64,000 nt of DNA from Desulfobacterales bacterium (GCA_040771865.1 JAXGZF010000004.1:415916-479915), one strand, 5' to 3'. Positions 49,611 to 59,733 are shown, counted from the stretch's first letter. The notes: generated by a model from the sequence alone, not told the origin. Numbers and translations: made by a program.

Positions 49611-50876
49611 ATGATTAAAAGATCATTTGTCAGTTTAACAACGCCCTCTTTTGAGTATTCTGTCAAGGACAGCTCAATCAGCGGGCCGCAGAAGGTGGCG
49701 CCGTCCAAGACGGTAAGGTTGATCATCGAGAGTCCTTTTTCAAAGTCGATTGCGCTCAAAGCCGGAAACGAGATCAAGACGGGGCAGAGGCTGTGCATCG
49801 GGAACGCATATGCCGTATCCAGCGTAACAGGCAAGATCGCATCCGTCGAAAGATACGTCAACCAGGCCGGCAAGGCCTGTACGGCGGTTTTCATCGAGGT
49901 TGCGGCCTCCGAGCAGATCGACGATGCTTTTGCCAACGCGTGCAGAAGCAACCCCCGAAAGGCCGCTCTGGAATTTCTGGCCAATGCGCCCGGAAATCCG
50001 GCCATGAGTCTGTTTGATGAAGGCAAGGGACTGGACACCGTCGTCATTTGCGGTGCGGATTCGGATCTGGAAATCGTTACCCAGCAGCAGGTTCTGGAAC
50101 AGTCGACCGACGCCGTTCAAAAAGGCATTGCGGCGATCAAGAAGATTACCGGAATCAGCAACATCGTGGCGGCAGCGCCTCAGAGTCTGATGCAGAAGGC
50201 CGGTTCGATCGGCGCCAGCGCCAAGGTCATTTCAAACGCCTATCCGGCGGCCAATCCCTACTGGATCATGAAAGACATCATCGGCAAGGTGGTTCCCGCC
50301 GGAAAATGCTGGGAGGATCTCGGGGTCTGCATTCTCAGCGCCGAGGCAGCGGCTTCGTTCGGCAAGGCTTTCGATGAGGGGAAGGTGCCCACGGAGAAAA
50401 TCATTACGGTTGTCAAGAAAAACGGCGGCAAGCTTCTGGTTTCGGCCAAGATCGGCACGCTGTTCAGCGACATTCTTGCTGCGGCCGGAATTTCGGTCGC
50501 CGGCGGCGACCGGATTACTGTCGGCGGGCCGATGACCGGATATGCCGCATATGCCGAAGATCAGGCGGTCGAGGCCGGAACGGACGCCATCATGGTTCAG
50601 GACGCGACCGAAATCACGCCGGTATCCGATTATCCCTGCATCAACTGCGGCGAGTGCAACCGCATCTGCCCGGCCAAGATTCAGGTCAACATGCTGGTCA
50701 GATTCTGCGAGGCGGCCAAGTACCAGGATGCGGCGGATCTGTATGATCTGGATTCCTGCATTGAATGCGGCCTGTGCAGCTATGTGTGCGTGTCGAGAAT
50801 GCCGGTTTTTCAATACATTAAATTGGCAAAACATGAACTTGCCCGGATGAATACAGCGGAGGCAACGAATGACTAA
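49611..50876 (+). CDS. rnfC: RnfC-like subunit (divergent)
   Basis: N-terminal sandwich domain, SLBB, GGPMTG, CINCGECNRICP, CIECGLCSYVC; operon position. Confidence 0.85.
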   Translation: MIKRSFVSLTTPSFEYSVKDSSISGPQKVAPSKTVRLIIESPFSKSIALKAGNEIKTGQRLCIGNAYAVSSVTGKIASVERYVNQAGKACTAVFIEVAASEQIDDAFANACRSNPRKAALEFLANAPGNPAMSLFDEGKGLDTVVICGADSDLEIVTQQQVLEQSTDAVQKGIAAIKKITGISNIVAAAPQSLMQKAGSIGASAKVISNAYPAANPYWIMKDIIGKVVPAGKCWEDLGVCILSAEAAASFGKAFDEGKVPTEKIITVVKKNGGKLLVSAKIGTLFSDILAAAGISVAGGDRITVGGPMTGYAAYAEDQAVEAGTDAIMVQDATEITPVSDYPCINCGECNRICPAKIQVNMLVRFCEAAKYQDAADLYDLDSCIECGLCSYVCVSRMPVFQYIKLAKHELARMNTAEATND

Positions 50877-51828
50877 TCAGAAGAAATTTATCGTTTCACA
50901 TGCGCCTTTCTGGCATGACGGCAGTTGTATATCCGCGAGAAGCTACAATACAATGCTAGCCGCTCTGCCGGCGCTGCTGTTTGGCATTTTCCAGTACGGC
51001 ATGCCGGCGGTGGGAGTGATCACTTTTTCCATCGGCTGCGCCATGCTTTGGGAAGTGATTCTGAATTTTGCGATGAAGCGCTCCGTCAGCATCGGAGACG
51101 GCAATGCCGCGGTGATAGGCCTTTTACTGGCCATGCTGCTGCCGGCGACGGCGCCGTGGTGGTTTGTGCTGGTCGGAACCTTTCTGGCCATCGTGGTCGG
51201 CAAGATGATCTACGGCGGCATCGGGGGGAATTCCTTCAACCCCGTGGCGGTGGCGGTGGCGATTCTGGGACTTTCCTGGGGCAATGTTCTCGATTTCAGC
51301 GAAGCTTATGTCAACTATGACTTCAGCTTTTCGATGTTCTACCCGCTGGCCGCGCTCAAGGCCTTCGGCGTATCGGCCGTCAGCGGCCTTAACGCCGGCG
51401 ATTTGATGATGGGCAAGCAGATCGGCGGCATCGGAGCGACCTTCGGGCTCGGACTGATCATCGGCGGCATTTACCTGATCATCCGCGGAATCATCCGCTG
51501 GGAGATCGCCGTGTCCTTCCTGGTCGGCGTTTTTGTCACGGCCCTGCTCTTCAACATGGCGGATTCATCCAAATACGCCGGAGCGGTTTTTCACCTGCTC
51601 TCCGGCTACACCCTGATCGGCGCATTTTTTCTGGCTACAGAGGATTCCTCATCGCCGGTCAATTTCGTTCCCATGATTCTTTATGGGTTGCTTGCCGGCT
51701 TGATGACGGTTCTGATTCGAAACATCGGGGCTTATGTGGACGGCGTGATATACGCCATTCTGGTTGCCAACCTTCTCAGCCCGGTTCTGGACAAGATCCG
51801 GCCTAAAGCCATAGGAAAGGTTGTCTAA
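50869..51828 (+). CDS. rnfD: Rnf subunit D
   Basis: K.IYGGIG.N.FNP, GGIGAT, GAFFLATE..SSP, DGV.YAIL..N. Confidence 0.92.
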   Translation: MTNQKKFIVSHAPFWHDGSCISARSYNTMLAALPALLFGIFQYGMPAVGVITFSIGCAMLWEVILNFAMKRSVSIGDGNAAVIGLLLAMLLPATAPWWFVLVGTFLAIVVGKMIYGGIGGNSFNPVAVAVAILGLSWGNVLDFSEAYVNYDFSFSMFYPLAALKAFGVSAVSGLNAGDLMMGKQIGGIGATFGLGLIIGGIYLIIRGIIRWEIAVSFLVGVFVTALLFNMADSSKYAGAVFHLLSGYTLIGAFFLATEDSSSPVNFVPMILYGLLAGLMTVLIRNIGAYVDGVIYAILVANLLSPVLDKIRPKAIGKVV

Positions 51829-51829
51829 C

Positions 51830-52417
51830 ATGCGTGAATTAATCAAAATGGTTGTTGTGCTTACGGTTTTATGTTTGGTTTCCGGCGGACTTCTCGCATC
51901 CCTCCGAAACGGAACCAAGGAACAAATAGAAAACCAGCAGCTGACCTTCGTCAAGGGGCCGGCGATCAAGACAATTTTCAGCGCCGCGAGCAATGACCCG
52001 ATCGCCGACCGCTTCAAGCTTAAGGACGGCGACATCGAAAGAACCTTTTTTGTCGCCAAGATCGACGGCAAGGCCCAATCCGTTGCTTTTGAAACCTATG
52101 GAAAAGGATTCGGCGGCGATATCGGCCTGATGGTCGGCGTCAATGTGAGTGACGACAAAATGGTCGGCGCCCAGGTGACCACCCACAGTGAAACCCCGGG
52201 CCTGGGTTCCAAGACCAAGGACGACCCGAAATTCTCGGGCCAGTTCAAAGGCATGGAACTCAAAGGCGATTTCAAGGTCAAGAACGATGGCGGGCAGGTG
52301 GATGCCATCAGCGGTGCTACGGTGTCTTCTCGAGGCGTTTCAGGCGCTTTGACCGAAGCCAGCACCGTGTATGCGCGTCTCAAAACTCAAATCGCTCAGA
52401 AACTTCAGGAATTTTAG
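51830..52417 (+). CDS. rnfG: Rnf subunit G
   Basis: GFGGDI, HSETPGLG, DAISGATVSS (FMN-binding Thr). Confidence 0.95.
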   Translation: MRELIKMVVVLTVLCLVSGGLLASLRNGTKEQIENQQLTFVKGPAIKTIFSAASNDPIADRFKLKDGDIERTFFVAKIDGKAQSVAFETYGKGFGGDIGLMVGVNVSDDKMVGAQVTTHSETPGLGSKTKDDPKFSGQFKGMELKGDFKVKNDGGQVDAISGATVSSRGVSGALTEASTVYARLKTQIAQKLQEF

Positions 52418-52426
52418 GAGATAAAG

Positions 52427-53020
52427 ATGGCAAAGACAATAGTCCAAGAATTTACCAAAGGTCTGTGGGACGAGATACCTCCTTTTCGGCTGGTGCTTGG
52501 CCTCTGCCCCACGCTGGCGGTCACAAAGTCGGTGGAGAACGGCATAGGCATGGGGCTTGCTACCACGTTCGTGATCGTGGGCTCCAACATCCTGGTTTCG
52601 ATGCTGCGCAACATCATTCCGGCCAAGGTCCGCATCGCCTGCTTTATCGTGGTGATCGCGACCTTCGTGACCGTGGTCGAGCTGCTCATGCAGGCCTATA
52701 CCTACCCCCTGTTCCTGACGCTGGGTATTTTTATTCCCTTGATCGTCGTCAACTGCATCGTGCTGGGCCGGGCCGAAGCGTTTGCCTACAAAAACGGCGT
52801 TCTGGCTTCTACGGCCGATGGCCTGGGCATCGGAATCGGCTTTACCCTGGCGCTGGCCTCTCTGGGCGCGATCCGAGAACTCTTCGGAAACGGCACCCTG
52901 CTGGGCGCTCAGATCATGCCGGATGCCTTCCAGCCCTTCACTTTCATGGTTCAGGCGCCGGGCGCCTTTGTGTGCCTGGGATTGATGCTGTGTGTTATGA
53001 ACATACTCGGCAAGAAATAA
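52427..53020 (+). CDS. rnfE: Rnf subunit E
   Basis: LGLCPTLAVT, GIFIPLIVVNC..LGRAEAFA, APGAF. Confidence 0.96.
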   Translation: MAKTIVQEFTKGLWDEIPPFRLVLGLCPTLAVTKSVENGIGMGLATTFVIVGSNILVSMLRNIIPAKVRIACFIVVIATFVTVVELLMQAYTYPLFLTLGIFIPLIVVNCIVLGRAEAFAYKNGVLASTADGLGIGIGFTLALASLGAIRELFGNGTLLGAQIMPDAFQPFTFMVQAPGAFVCLGLMLCVMNILGKK

Positions 53021-53032
53021 GAGGAGAAAACC

Positions 53033-53605
53033 ATGGATTATATCCTTCTTGCAATAAGCTGCATATTTGTTAACAATATTCTCCTTGCCCAGTACCTTGG
53101 AAACTGTCCGTTTCTCGGCACCTCCAAGAGGATGGAGACTGCAACCGGCATGGCCATGGCGGTTGTATTCGTGCTGGTGATGGCCGGCATCATTACCTGG
53201 GTGACGGAGTATTTTCTTTTGAGACCCCTGGGGCTTGAATATTTACGCACTATCGCTTTTATTCTGGTCATTGCAGCTCTGGTTCAGTTCGTGGAGATGT
53301 TCCTGAAAAAAAGCATTCCGGCCCTGTACGCGGGTCTGGGAATCTTCCTGCCCCTGATCACCACCAACTGCGCGGTTCTGGGCGTGTGCCTGATCAATAT
53401 CAACGAGGAATACAATTTTGTGACCTCGCTGATTACCTCGATCAGCTACGCGGCCGGTTTTGGCCTGGCGCTGGTGCTGTTCGCCGGGGTGCGGGAACGC
53501 ATTCTTCTGGCCCGGGTGCCCAAGCCGCTGCAGGACACTTCCATCGGTCTGGTCACGGCCGGCATGCTGGCCCTGACATTTTACGCATTTAAAGGAATGG
53601 TCTGA
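53033..53605 (+). CDS. rnfA: Rnf subunit A
   Basis: NNILL..YLG.CPFLG, LVQFVEM, LPLITTNCAVLG, GVRER. Confidence 0.96.
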   Translation: MDYILLAISCIFVNNILLAQYLGNCPFLGTSKRMETATGMAMAVVFVLVMAGIITWVTEYFLLRPLGLEYLRTIAFILVIAALVQFVEMFLKKSIPALYAGLGIFLPLITTNCAVLGVCLININEEYNFVTSLITSISYAAGFGLALVLFAGVRERILLARVPKPLQDTSIGLVTAGMLALTFYAFKGMV

Positions 53606-53646
53606 TCATTCTCCCGTTACCGGGATAACAATACAAGGAGGCCATT

Positions 53647-55752
53647 GTGATTGAAGCGATACTTTTTATGGTGGGATTAGGTGGCGTCTGCGGCGTCGTT
53701 CTGGCCGCAGCGTCCAAAGTCTTCTATGTTTACGAAGATCCCAGAATTGCTCAGGTTGAAAACTGCATGGCGGGCGCTAACTGCGGCGGATGCGGCTATG
53801 CCGGCTGCTCGGCGGCCGCGGTGGCCGTCGTCACCGGTGCGGCAGCGGCCAACGTCTGCATCGTCGGCGGCGTGGAATCCGCGACCAAGGTTGCGGCGGT
53901 CATGGGATTGGAAGTCGGCGGCGCGGAAGTTATCCGCTCCTATAATTACTGCCGTGGCGGAGACCGTGCGGACAATCGTTTTGAATATATGGGCGTTGCC
54001 AGCTGCCAGGCTCTGGCTGCTCTTTACGGCGGGCAGCGAGAATGTCATGTGGGCTGCCTGGGTCTGGGCGACTGCGTCAAGGCCTGCACTTTCGGCGCGC
54101 TTGAGATCGGACCGGATGGTTTTCCGGTGGTGATCGCGGAAAAATGCGTGGGCTGCGGCGCCTGCGAACGGGCTTGCCCCAAGAGCATCATGAAGGTTCG
54201 GACCATGTCTCAGCGGCTGCTGGAATTCAATGAGGACGACGGCCGGCTGGCGCCCTGCGCGCAGACATGTCCCGCCCAGATCAATATTCCGAAGTACATC
54301 GACCAGATCCGGAACGGAGATTACGAGGGCGCGGTCGAGACGCTTCGCGAGAGAAACCCCCTGATCCTTTCCTGCGGCCGGGTCTGTCCCCATCCCTGCG
54401 AGACCTACTGCCGCCGCAGTGTCGAGGATGAGGCCGTTTCCATCAACCAGCTCAAGCGGTTTGTGGCCGACTACGAGCTGAACTCCGGCCGAAGATTCCC
54501 TGTTTCCTGCGCTCCGGACACCGGAAAGAAGGTCGCCGTCATCGGCGGCGGTCCGGCCGGTTTGAGCTGCGCGTTCTTCCTCCGCCGTCTCGGGCACAGC
54601 GTGACGATCTTCGATATGATGCCGGAGCTCGGCGGCATGATCCGGTACGGCATCCCCGAATACCGTCTGCCCAAGAAGGTTCTGAAGTGGGAATGCGACG
54701 GGTTCCTCAAGATGGGCATCGAGGCCAAGATGAACGTGCGGCTGGGGAAGGATTACGATCTGACCTCCCTGGTGGCGGCCGGCTACGATGCGATCTTCCT
54801 GGGAATCGGCGCCTGGAGGGACTACGATCTGGGCGTTGAAGGCGAAAACCTGGGCAATGTGTATACCGGCATCAGCTTCCTGACCCGGTTCGCCCTGGAT
54901 CAGCAGACCAACGAAGACAAACATACGGATATTCCGATCGGCAAGCAGTGCGTGGTGGTCGGCGGCGGCAACACGGCCATCGACTGCGTCAGAACGCTCA
55001 AGCGGCTGGGCGCCGACCAGGTGACCCTGCTCTATCGCCGGACCCGCGCTGAAATGCCCGCCAACATGGTGGAAATCGAGGCGGCCGAGCACGAGCACAT
55101 CAAGTTCCACTTCCTGGCGGCTCCCACCAGGGTGATCGGCGATGAAAGCGGAAACGTCAAGGCCATCGAATTCATCAAGATGGAGCTCGGCGAACCCGAT
55201 GCTTCCGGACGAAGAAGACCGGTTCCGATCAAGGGTTCTGAAACCGTTCTGGAATGCGACATGCTGGTTTCGGCCATCGGCCAGGGCCCGGATGTTTCCT
55301 TTGCTCAGCAGGAACCCGGCAAGCGCATGGCGGAGCTCCAGATCACCAAGTGGAAGACCATCGACGCCGTGCATCCGGAAACGCTGCAGACCAACATTCC
55401 TTATGTGTTTGCAGCAGGCGACGCCCAGACCGGCGCTTCCCTGGTGGTTGAGGCCATCGGCGGCGGCCGAAGGGCCGCGCGTTCCATTCATCTGTATCTG
55501 AACGGCCAGAAGGTGACGCCGCCCCCGAACTCTCTGTTCAAGCGGCATATCGACGGCTCGATCATGGACAAGGTGCCGGGCATCATCACAACGCCGCGCG
55601 TCAAGATGCCCGAGTTGGAAGTCGAAGAGAGGATCAAGACCTTTGATGAAACGGACCTCTGCATTACCGAGGAAGAGGCCACTCGTGAATCCCATCGGTG
55701 CCTGAACTGCTGCCAGTTCTGCTACAATCCGGATAAAACCGAGGCAGCCTGA
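53647..55752 (+). CDS. rnfB: RnfB fused to a GltD/NfnB-like FAD/NAD(P)H oxidoreductase
   Basis: GANCGGCGYAGC and ferredoxin motifs, then PC...CP, CGRVCPHPCE, GGGPAG, GIPEYRLP, GGGNTAID, YRRT, FAAGD. Confidence 0.92.
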   Translation: MIEAILFMVGLGGVCGVVLAAASKVFYVYEDPRIAQVENCMAGANCGGCGYAGCSAAAVAVVTGAAAANVCIVGGVESATKVAAVMGLEVGGAEVIRSYNYCRGGDRADNRFEYMGVASCQALAALYGGQRECHVGCLGLGDCVKACTFGALEIGPDGFPVVIAEKCVGCGACERACPKSIMKVRTMSQRLLEFNEDDGRLAPCAQTCPAQINIPKYIDQIRNGDYEGAVETLRERNPLILSCGRVCPHPCETYCRRSVEDEAVSINQLKRFVADYELNSGRRFPVSCAPDTGKKVAVIGGGPAGLSCAFFLRRLGHSVTIFDMMPELGGMIRYGIPEYRLPKKVLKWECDGFLKMGIEAKMNVRLGKDYDLTSLVAAGYDAIFLGIGAWRDYDLGVEGENLGNVYTGISFLTRFALDQQTNEDKHTDIPIGKQCVVVGGGNTAIDCVRTLKRLGADQVTLLYRRTRAEMPANMVEIEAAEHEHIKFHFLAAPTRVIGDESGNVKAIEFIKMELGEPDASGRRRPVPIKGSETVLECDMLVSAIGQGPDVSFAQQEPGKRMAELQITKWKTIDAVHPETLQTNIPYVFAAGDAQTGASLVVEAIGGGRRAARSIHLYLNGQKVTPPPNSLFKRHIDGSIMDKVPGIITTPRVKMPELEVEERIKTFDETDLCITEEEATRESHRCLNCCQFCYNPDKTEAA

Positions 55753-55777
55753 CGCCTTCAGGATATAAATAAGGTAT

Positions 55778-55808
55778 AAAAGCGGCCCTCAATGAGGGCC
55801 GCTTTTTT
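55778..55808 (+). terminator. Intrinsic terminator of the rnf operon
   Basis: AAAAGCGGCCCTC-AAT-GAGGGCCGCTTTTTT. Confidence 0.9.
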
Positions 55809-55821
55809 CTTTGCGGAATTC

Positions 55822-55862
55822 AAAAAAAGAAAGGCGCGCCGTTTAAACCGGCGCGCCTTTTA
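55822..55862 (-). terminator. Intrinsic terminator of the cold-shock gene
   Basis: AAAGGCGCGCCG-TTTAAAC-CGGCGCGCCTTT with an A-run on the left. Confidence 0.85.
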
Positions 55863-55879
55863 TTTTAGCAAAGATAAGA

Positions 55880-56080
55880 TCAGACAACCGTAACGTTGAT
55901 TGCCGCAGGGCCTTTCTGCCCTTCGGACACATCGAACGTAACACGGTCGCCTTCTTTTAGCGACTTGAATCCTTTTGCGTTGATGCCGGAATGATGAACA
56001 AAAACATCCGGTCCGTTTTCCTGTTCGATAAACCCGTACCCCTTTTGGTCGTTGAACCATTTCACGATGCCGTTTGCCAT
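55880..56080 (-). CDS. Cold-shock protein (CspA family)
   Basis: VKWFN..KGYGFI, DVFVH, KGP.A.NV; RBS AAAGGAGAGG. Confidence 0.97.
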   Translation of the reverse strand: MANGIVKWFNDQKGYGFIEQENGPDVFVHHSGINAKGFKSLKEGDRVTFDVSEGQKGPAAINVTVV

Positions 56081-56385
56081 AGTGACGCACCTCTCCTTTC
56101 CTGATTAAAAACAGGGTTTCGACCGGGGGTCAGCGCCGTGGCGCAGCGCTCTTCCCTCGGCAAAAACCGTCCGCCGTTAACGGCAGAATAACTAATTTTA
56201 TTTCACTAAACTGTTTTGCGCATAAAATCAATATAAATGACCATTAAAAAAATATTTTTTGCGTATCATTTGCCTCGAAATTACTTTTCTTGTTTATGAA
56301 ATTCATGTAGGTTGCGGCCCAGACGGATTTGATTTTCGAACGCAGGACGACCGGTTTTATTTTAATGCCAGAGAAAGGACGACAC

Positions 56386-57960
56386 ATGCAGGTTCCGATG
56401 ACGCCGATTCGCATACTGAAACGTGCGGTAAAGCTTTATTCTGAAAAAACCGCCGTGGTCGACGGCGGAATTCGTTTGACATACAGACAGGTAGCAAAGC
56501 GGGTCAACCAGGTGACCAATGCGATTTACAATCTGGGCATTCCACCGGGCGGAAGGCTCGCCATGCTGGATTACAACTCACACCGCTACATGGAGATGTA
56601 CTTCGGCGCCGCCCAGTCCGGCCGCGTGCTGCTTCCGCTGAACACCCAGCTATCCGCGGACGAGTACGTTTATATTCTCGACGACGCCGAAGCCGAGGCC
56701 GTCGTTTTCCATGCGGATTTCAAGCCGGTCATGGACCAGGTGAGGACCCGGACCAGAACGGTGAAATATTTCTTCATCGCCGAGGGCGAGGCGGACACTT
56801 CCTGGATGGCTGGCACGTACGAAAACCTTCTCGCCGCTCAGAGCGCCGATGCGATCATCACCGAGCCGGACGATGAAAACGACATGCTCAACCTGTACTA
56901 TACGAGCGGCACGACGGGACGTCCCAAGGGGGTGATGCTGACCCACCGGAATGTCTACGCCAACGCGCTTTCCACGATTATCTCGTTCAAATTCGAGGAT
57001 TCCACTGTCTGGCATCACATCGCCCCGCTGTTTCATCTGGCCGATGCGTTTTTCATCTGGTCGGTCACCTATCAGGGGGGCCGGCACATCATGAACCGGC
57101 AGTTCAGGCCCAAGGCCGTGCTTCAGAAAATGCAGGATGAGCGGGTGACCTGCGCCATGATGGTGCCCACCATGATCAACTGCCTGCTCGATACGCCCGG
57201 CATAGAGCAGTTCGATCTTTCGAGCCTCAAGTTTGTCATGGTCGGCGGCGCGCCGATGTCTCCGGCCAATGCCCGGCGGATGATGGAGAAACTCGGGTGC
57301 CAGTACATCTCCGGATACGGCCTGACCGAGACCTGTCCCCTGCTGACGGTCGGCAATCTCAAGGACACCCTGAGCGATCTGCCCCTTGAGGACCGGCTCG
57401 GGCATATCACTCGAACGGGCCTCGAGGTGGTCGGCGTGGATCTGCGGGTGGTGGACAAACACGGTCAGGATGTGCCCCGGGACGGCAAAACCGTCGGCGA
57501 GATCATCGTCCGTGGAGACAACGTGATGAAAGGCTACTGGAAGCTTCCGGCCGAAACCGCCGAGGCCTTTAAAGACGGGTATTTTTATACCGGGGACCTG
57601 GCCAATGTCGATTCAGAGGGCTATATTTTCATCGTGGACCGGTCCAAGGACATCATCATTCGAAGCGGGGAGAACATCGCTTCGGTGGAGATCGAAAACT
57701 TTCTCTACACCCATTCCCAGGTTCTGGAGTGCGCCGTGATCGCGGTTCCGGACAGGCGCTGGGGAGAGGTGCCCCGAGCCCTGGTCGTACGGAAGCAGGG
57801 CGCCGAACTCACCGAGAGGGACCTGATCCGCTACTGCCGCGAAGGACTGGCCCGATTCAAGGTTCCGAAATACATCACGTTCCTCGACGCTCTGCCCAAG
57901 ACCGGGTCGGGAAAGATCGTCAAGGCACGGCTTCGAGAAATATACGCCACGGAAGAGTAA
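56386..57960 (+). CDS. Long-chain fatty-acid--CoA ligase (ANL family)
   Basis: YTSGTTGRPKG, YGLTET, TGD, DRSKDIII, LPKTGSGKI. Confidence 0.93.
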   Translation: MQVPMTPIRILKRAVKLYSEKTAVVDGGIRLTYRQVAKRVNQVTNAIYNLGIPPGGRLAMLDYNSHRYMEMYFGAAQSGRVLLPLNTQLSADEYVYILDDAEAEAVVFHADFKPVMDQVRTRTRTVKYFFIAEGEADTSWMAGTYENLLAAQSADAIITEPDDENDMLNLYYTSGTTGRPKGVMLTHRNVYANALSTIISFKFEDSTVWHHIAPLFHLADAFFIWSVTYQGGRHIMNRQFRPKAVLQKMQDERVTCAMMVPTMINCLLDTPGIEQFDLSSLKFVMVGGAPMSPANARRMMEKLGCQYISGYGLTETCPLLTVGNLKDTLSDLPLEDRLGHITRTGLEVVGVDLRVVDKHGQDVPRDGKTVGEIIVRGDNVMKGYWKLPAETAEAFKDGYFYTGDLANVDSEGYIFIVDRSKDIIIRSGENIASVEIENFLYTHSQVLECAVIAVPDRRWGEVPRALVVRKQGAELTERDLIRYCREGLARFKVPKYITFLDALPKTGSGKIVKARLREIYATEE

Positions 57961-58025
57961 GACCGGAAAATTTTGTTCCGGCTGAGGGTTCGCGAGACCC
58001 GTCGGTCTGAAGAGGATTCGGTTCT

Positions 58026-59354
58026 ATGCAGCGTGCGCATTCCGGCATGAAGGGGTTTGCGGTCGTCTGGACCGGCCAGTTCATATCGCTTCTGGGCACC
58101 GCGATGACCACCTTCGCCCTCACGCTCTGGGCCTATGAAACCACCGGGAAAGCCACGCCCCTGGCCCTGATCGGCTTTTTCTTCCTTCTGCCCATGGTTG
58201 TGTTCGGACCGTTTATCGGCGTCGTAGTGGACCGAAGCAACCGGAAGCTGATGCTGATGGTCAGCGATCTGGCGGCGGCGGCGATCACCCTGATGGTTCT
58301 GGCGCTGCATGCGGCGGGCCGCCTCGAGATGTGGCACCTGTATCTCACCTCCTTTCTGGCCGGCGCATTTCAGGGGTTCCAGTGGCCCGCCTGTTCGGTG
58401 GTCGTCACCCTGATGCTGCCCAAGGATCAGTACGCCCGGGCCAGCGGCATGCTGGAAATGGGGAGCAACGCATCCTATGTATTCGGACCCCTTGCCGCCG
58501 GCGCCCTGATCGGCCCCCTGGGGCTGGAAGGCATACTGGTCATCGACCTGTTGACCGCGATTCTGGCTGTCGCGGCCCTGATGTTCGTTCGCATTCCCCA
58601 GCCGGTCTTTCCGGACAGCTCCCCGGATCCGGAAGAAAAATGGGTTCAGCAGATTTTCTTCGGTTTCAGATACATATTTTCGCGCAAAAGCCTGCTGGGG
58701 CTTCAGACAGTTTTTCTGGGCGCCAATTTTTTCAGCGGGCTGTCCTTTGCGGTGATGGCGCCCATGATTCTGGCCCGAACCGGAAACGACGAACTGGTCT
58801 ATGGAACCGTGCTTTCCACCGGCGCCGTCGGCGGCGTGATCGGCGGGCTGGCGATGGGCCTCTGGGGCGGTTCGCGGCGGCGGATTCACGGCGTGCTGCT
58901 GGGATGGTTCTGCTCGGGCATTCTGGGCGACCTGGTGCTCGGAATCGGCCGAAGCGCGCCGGTCTGGATGGCCGGCGCCTTTCTGGGCGTTTTCTTCAGC
59001 CCGATGAGCTACGGCTGCAACCAGGCGATCTGGCAGGCCAAGGTGCCGCCCCACATTCAGGGCCGGGTGTTCACCGCCCGCCAGTTTATCGCCCTGTCCG
59101 TGCTGCCCCTGGCCAGCCTGGCGGCCGGCCCCCTGTCGGATCAGGTGCTGGAGCCGGCCATGGCTGCGGGCGGTTTTCTCGAACCGGCGTTCAAATGGCT
59201 GACGGGGTCGGGCCCCGGCGCCGGCATGGCCCTGCTGTTCGTGTTCAGCGGCATTCTGGCGGCACTGACCGGCCTGGCAGGCTATCTGTTTCCGATGATC
59301 CGGCAGGTCGAGGACATTCTGCCGGATCACGACCATTCTCCCGGTTCCGCCTAG
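58026..59354 (+). CDS. MFS transporter (DHA3/MefA-like)
   Basis: WTGQFISLLG, GVVVDRSNRK, QGRVF; about 12 TM segments. Confidence 0.93.
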   Translation: MQRAHSGMKGFAVVWTGQFISLLGTAMTTFALTLWAYETTGKATPLALIGFFFLLPMVVFGPFIGVVVDRSNRKLMLMVSDLAAAAITLMVLALHAAGRLEMWHLYLTSFLAGAFQGFQWPACSVVVTLMLPKDQYARASGMLEMGSNASYVFGPLAAGALIGPLGLEGILVIDLLTAILAVAALMFVRIPQPVFPDSSPDPEEKWVQQIFFGFRYIFSRKSLLGLQTVFLGANFFSGLSFAVMAPMILARTGNDELVYGTVLSTGAVGGVIGGLAMGLWGGSRRRIHGVLLGWFCSGILGDLVLGIGRSAPVWMAGAFLGVFFSPMSYGCNQAIWQAKVPPHIQGRVFTARQFIALSVLPLASLAAGPLSDQVLEPAMAAGGFLEPAFKWLTGSGPGAGMALLFVFSGILAALTGLAGYLFPMIRQVEDILPDHDHSPGSA

Positions 59355-59478
59355 GCCATTCACATCCAGCTGTCGAAAACAAAACATTCATGGTATTTTG
59401 ATTTTCAGAAGGGCCGTTCGGCCATTCTGAGGGCCGGTGCCCTCGGGCCGGTTCGAGCAGCGTTCAGGGAGATGCGCC

Positions 59479-59733
59479 ATGGATACGGAAATTTTCGGAG
59501 AATACACGGTCTGGGTCCTGATCACCGTCGCACGGGTCGTACTGATCGTTGTGATCCTCTACTATGTTCTGAGAGGGGTTCTGAACAGATGGAAGCAGCG
59601 GAATACCCGCCGCCAGCGCCGGACGGCGGTCTGCCCCCACTGCGGCTGGCAGGGAGATGCGGGTATTCATGCCGGCAGGTGCCCCCGGTGCGACCGTTTC
59701 CTTGAGGACCGGAAGATCGACGGAGAAACCTGA
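59479..59733 (+). CDS. Small membrane protein with C-terminal zinc ribbon
   Basis: One TM, basic linker, CPHC...CPRC; TGATG coupling to the next gene. Confidence 0.65.
   Translation: MDTEIFGEYTVWVLITVARVVLIVVILYYVLRGVLNRWKQRNTRRQRRTAVCPHCGWQGDAGIHAGRCPRCDRFLEDRKIDGET

Noticed and set aside
53677..55695. Long antisense ORFs (672 aa here; also 57831-59387, 41273-42658, 59667-61013 and others)
   Set aside because: They are shadows of well-supported genes on the opposite strand, expected from GC3-biased codon usage, and show no motifs.
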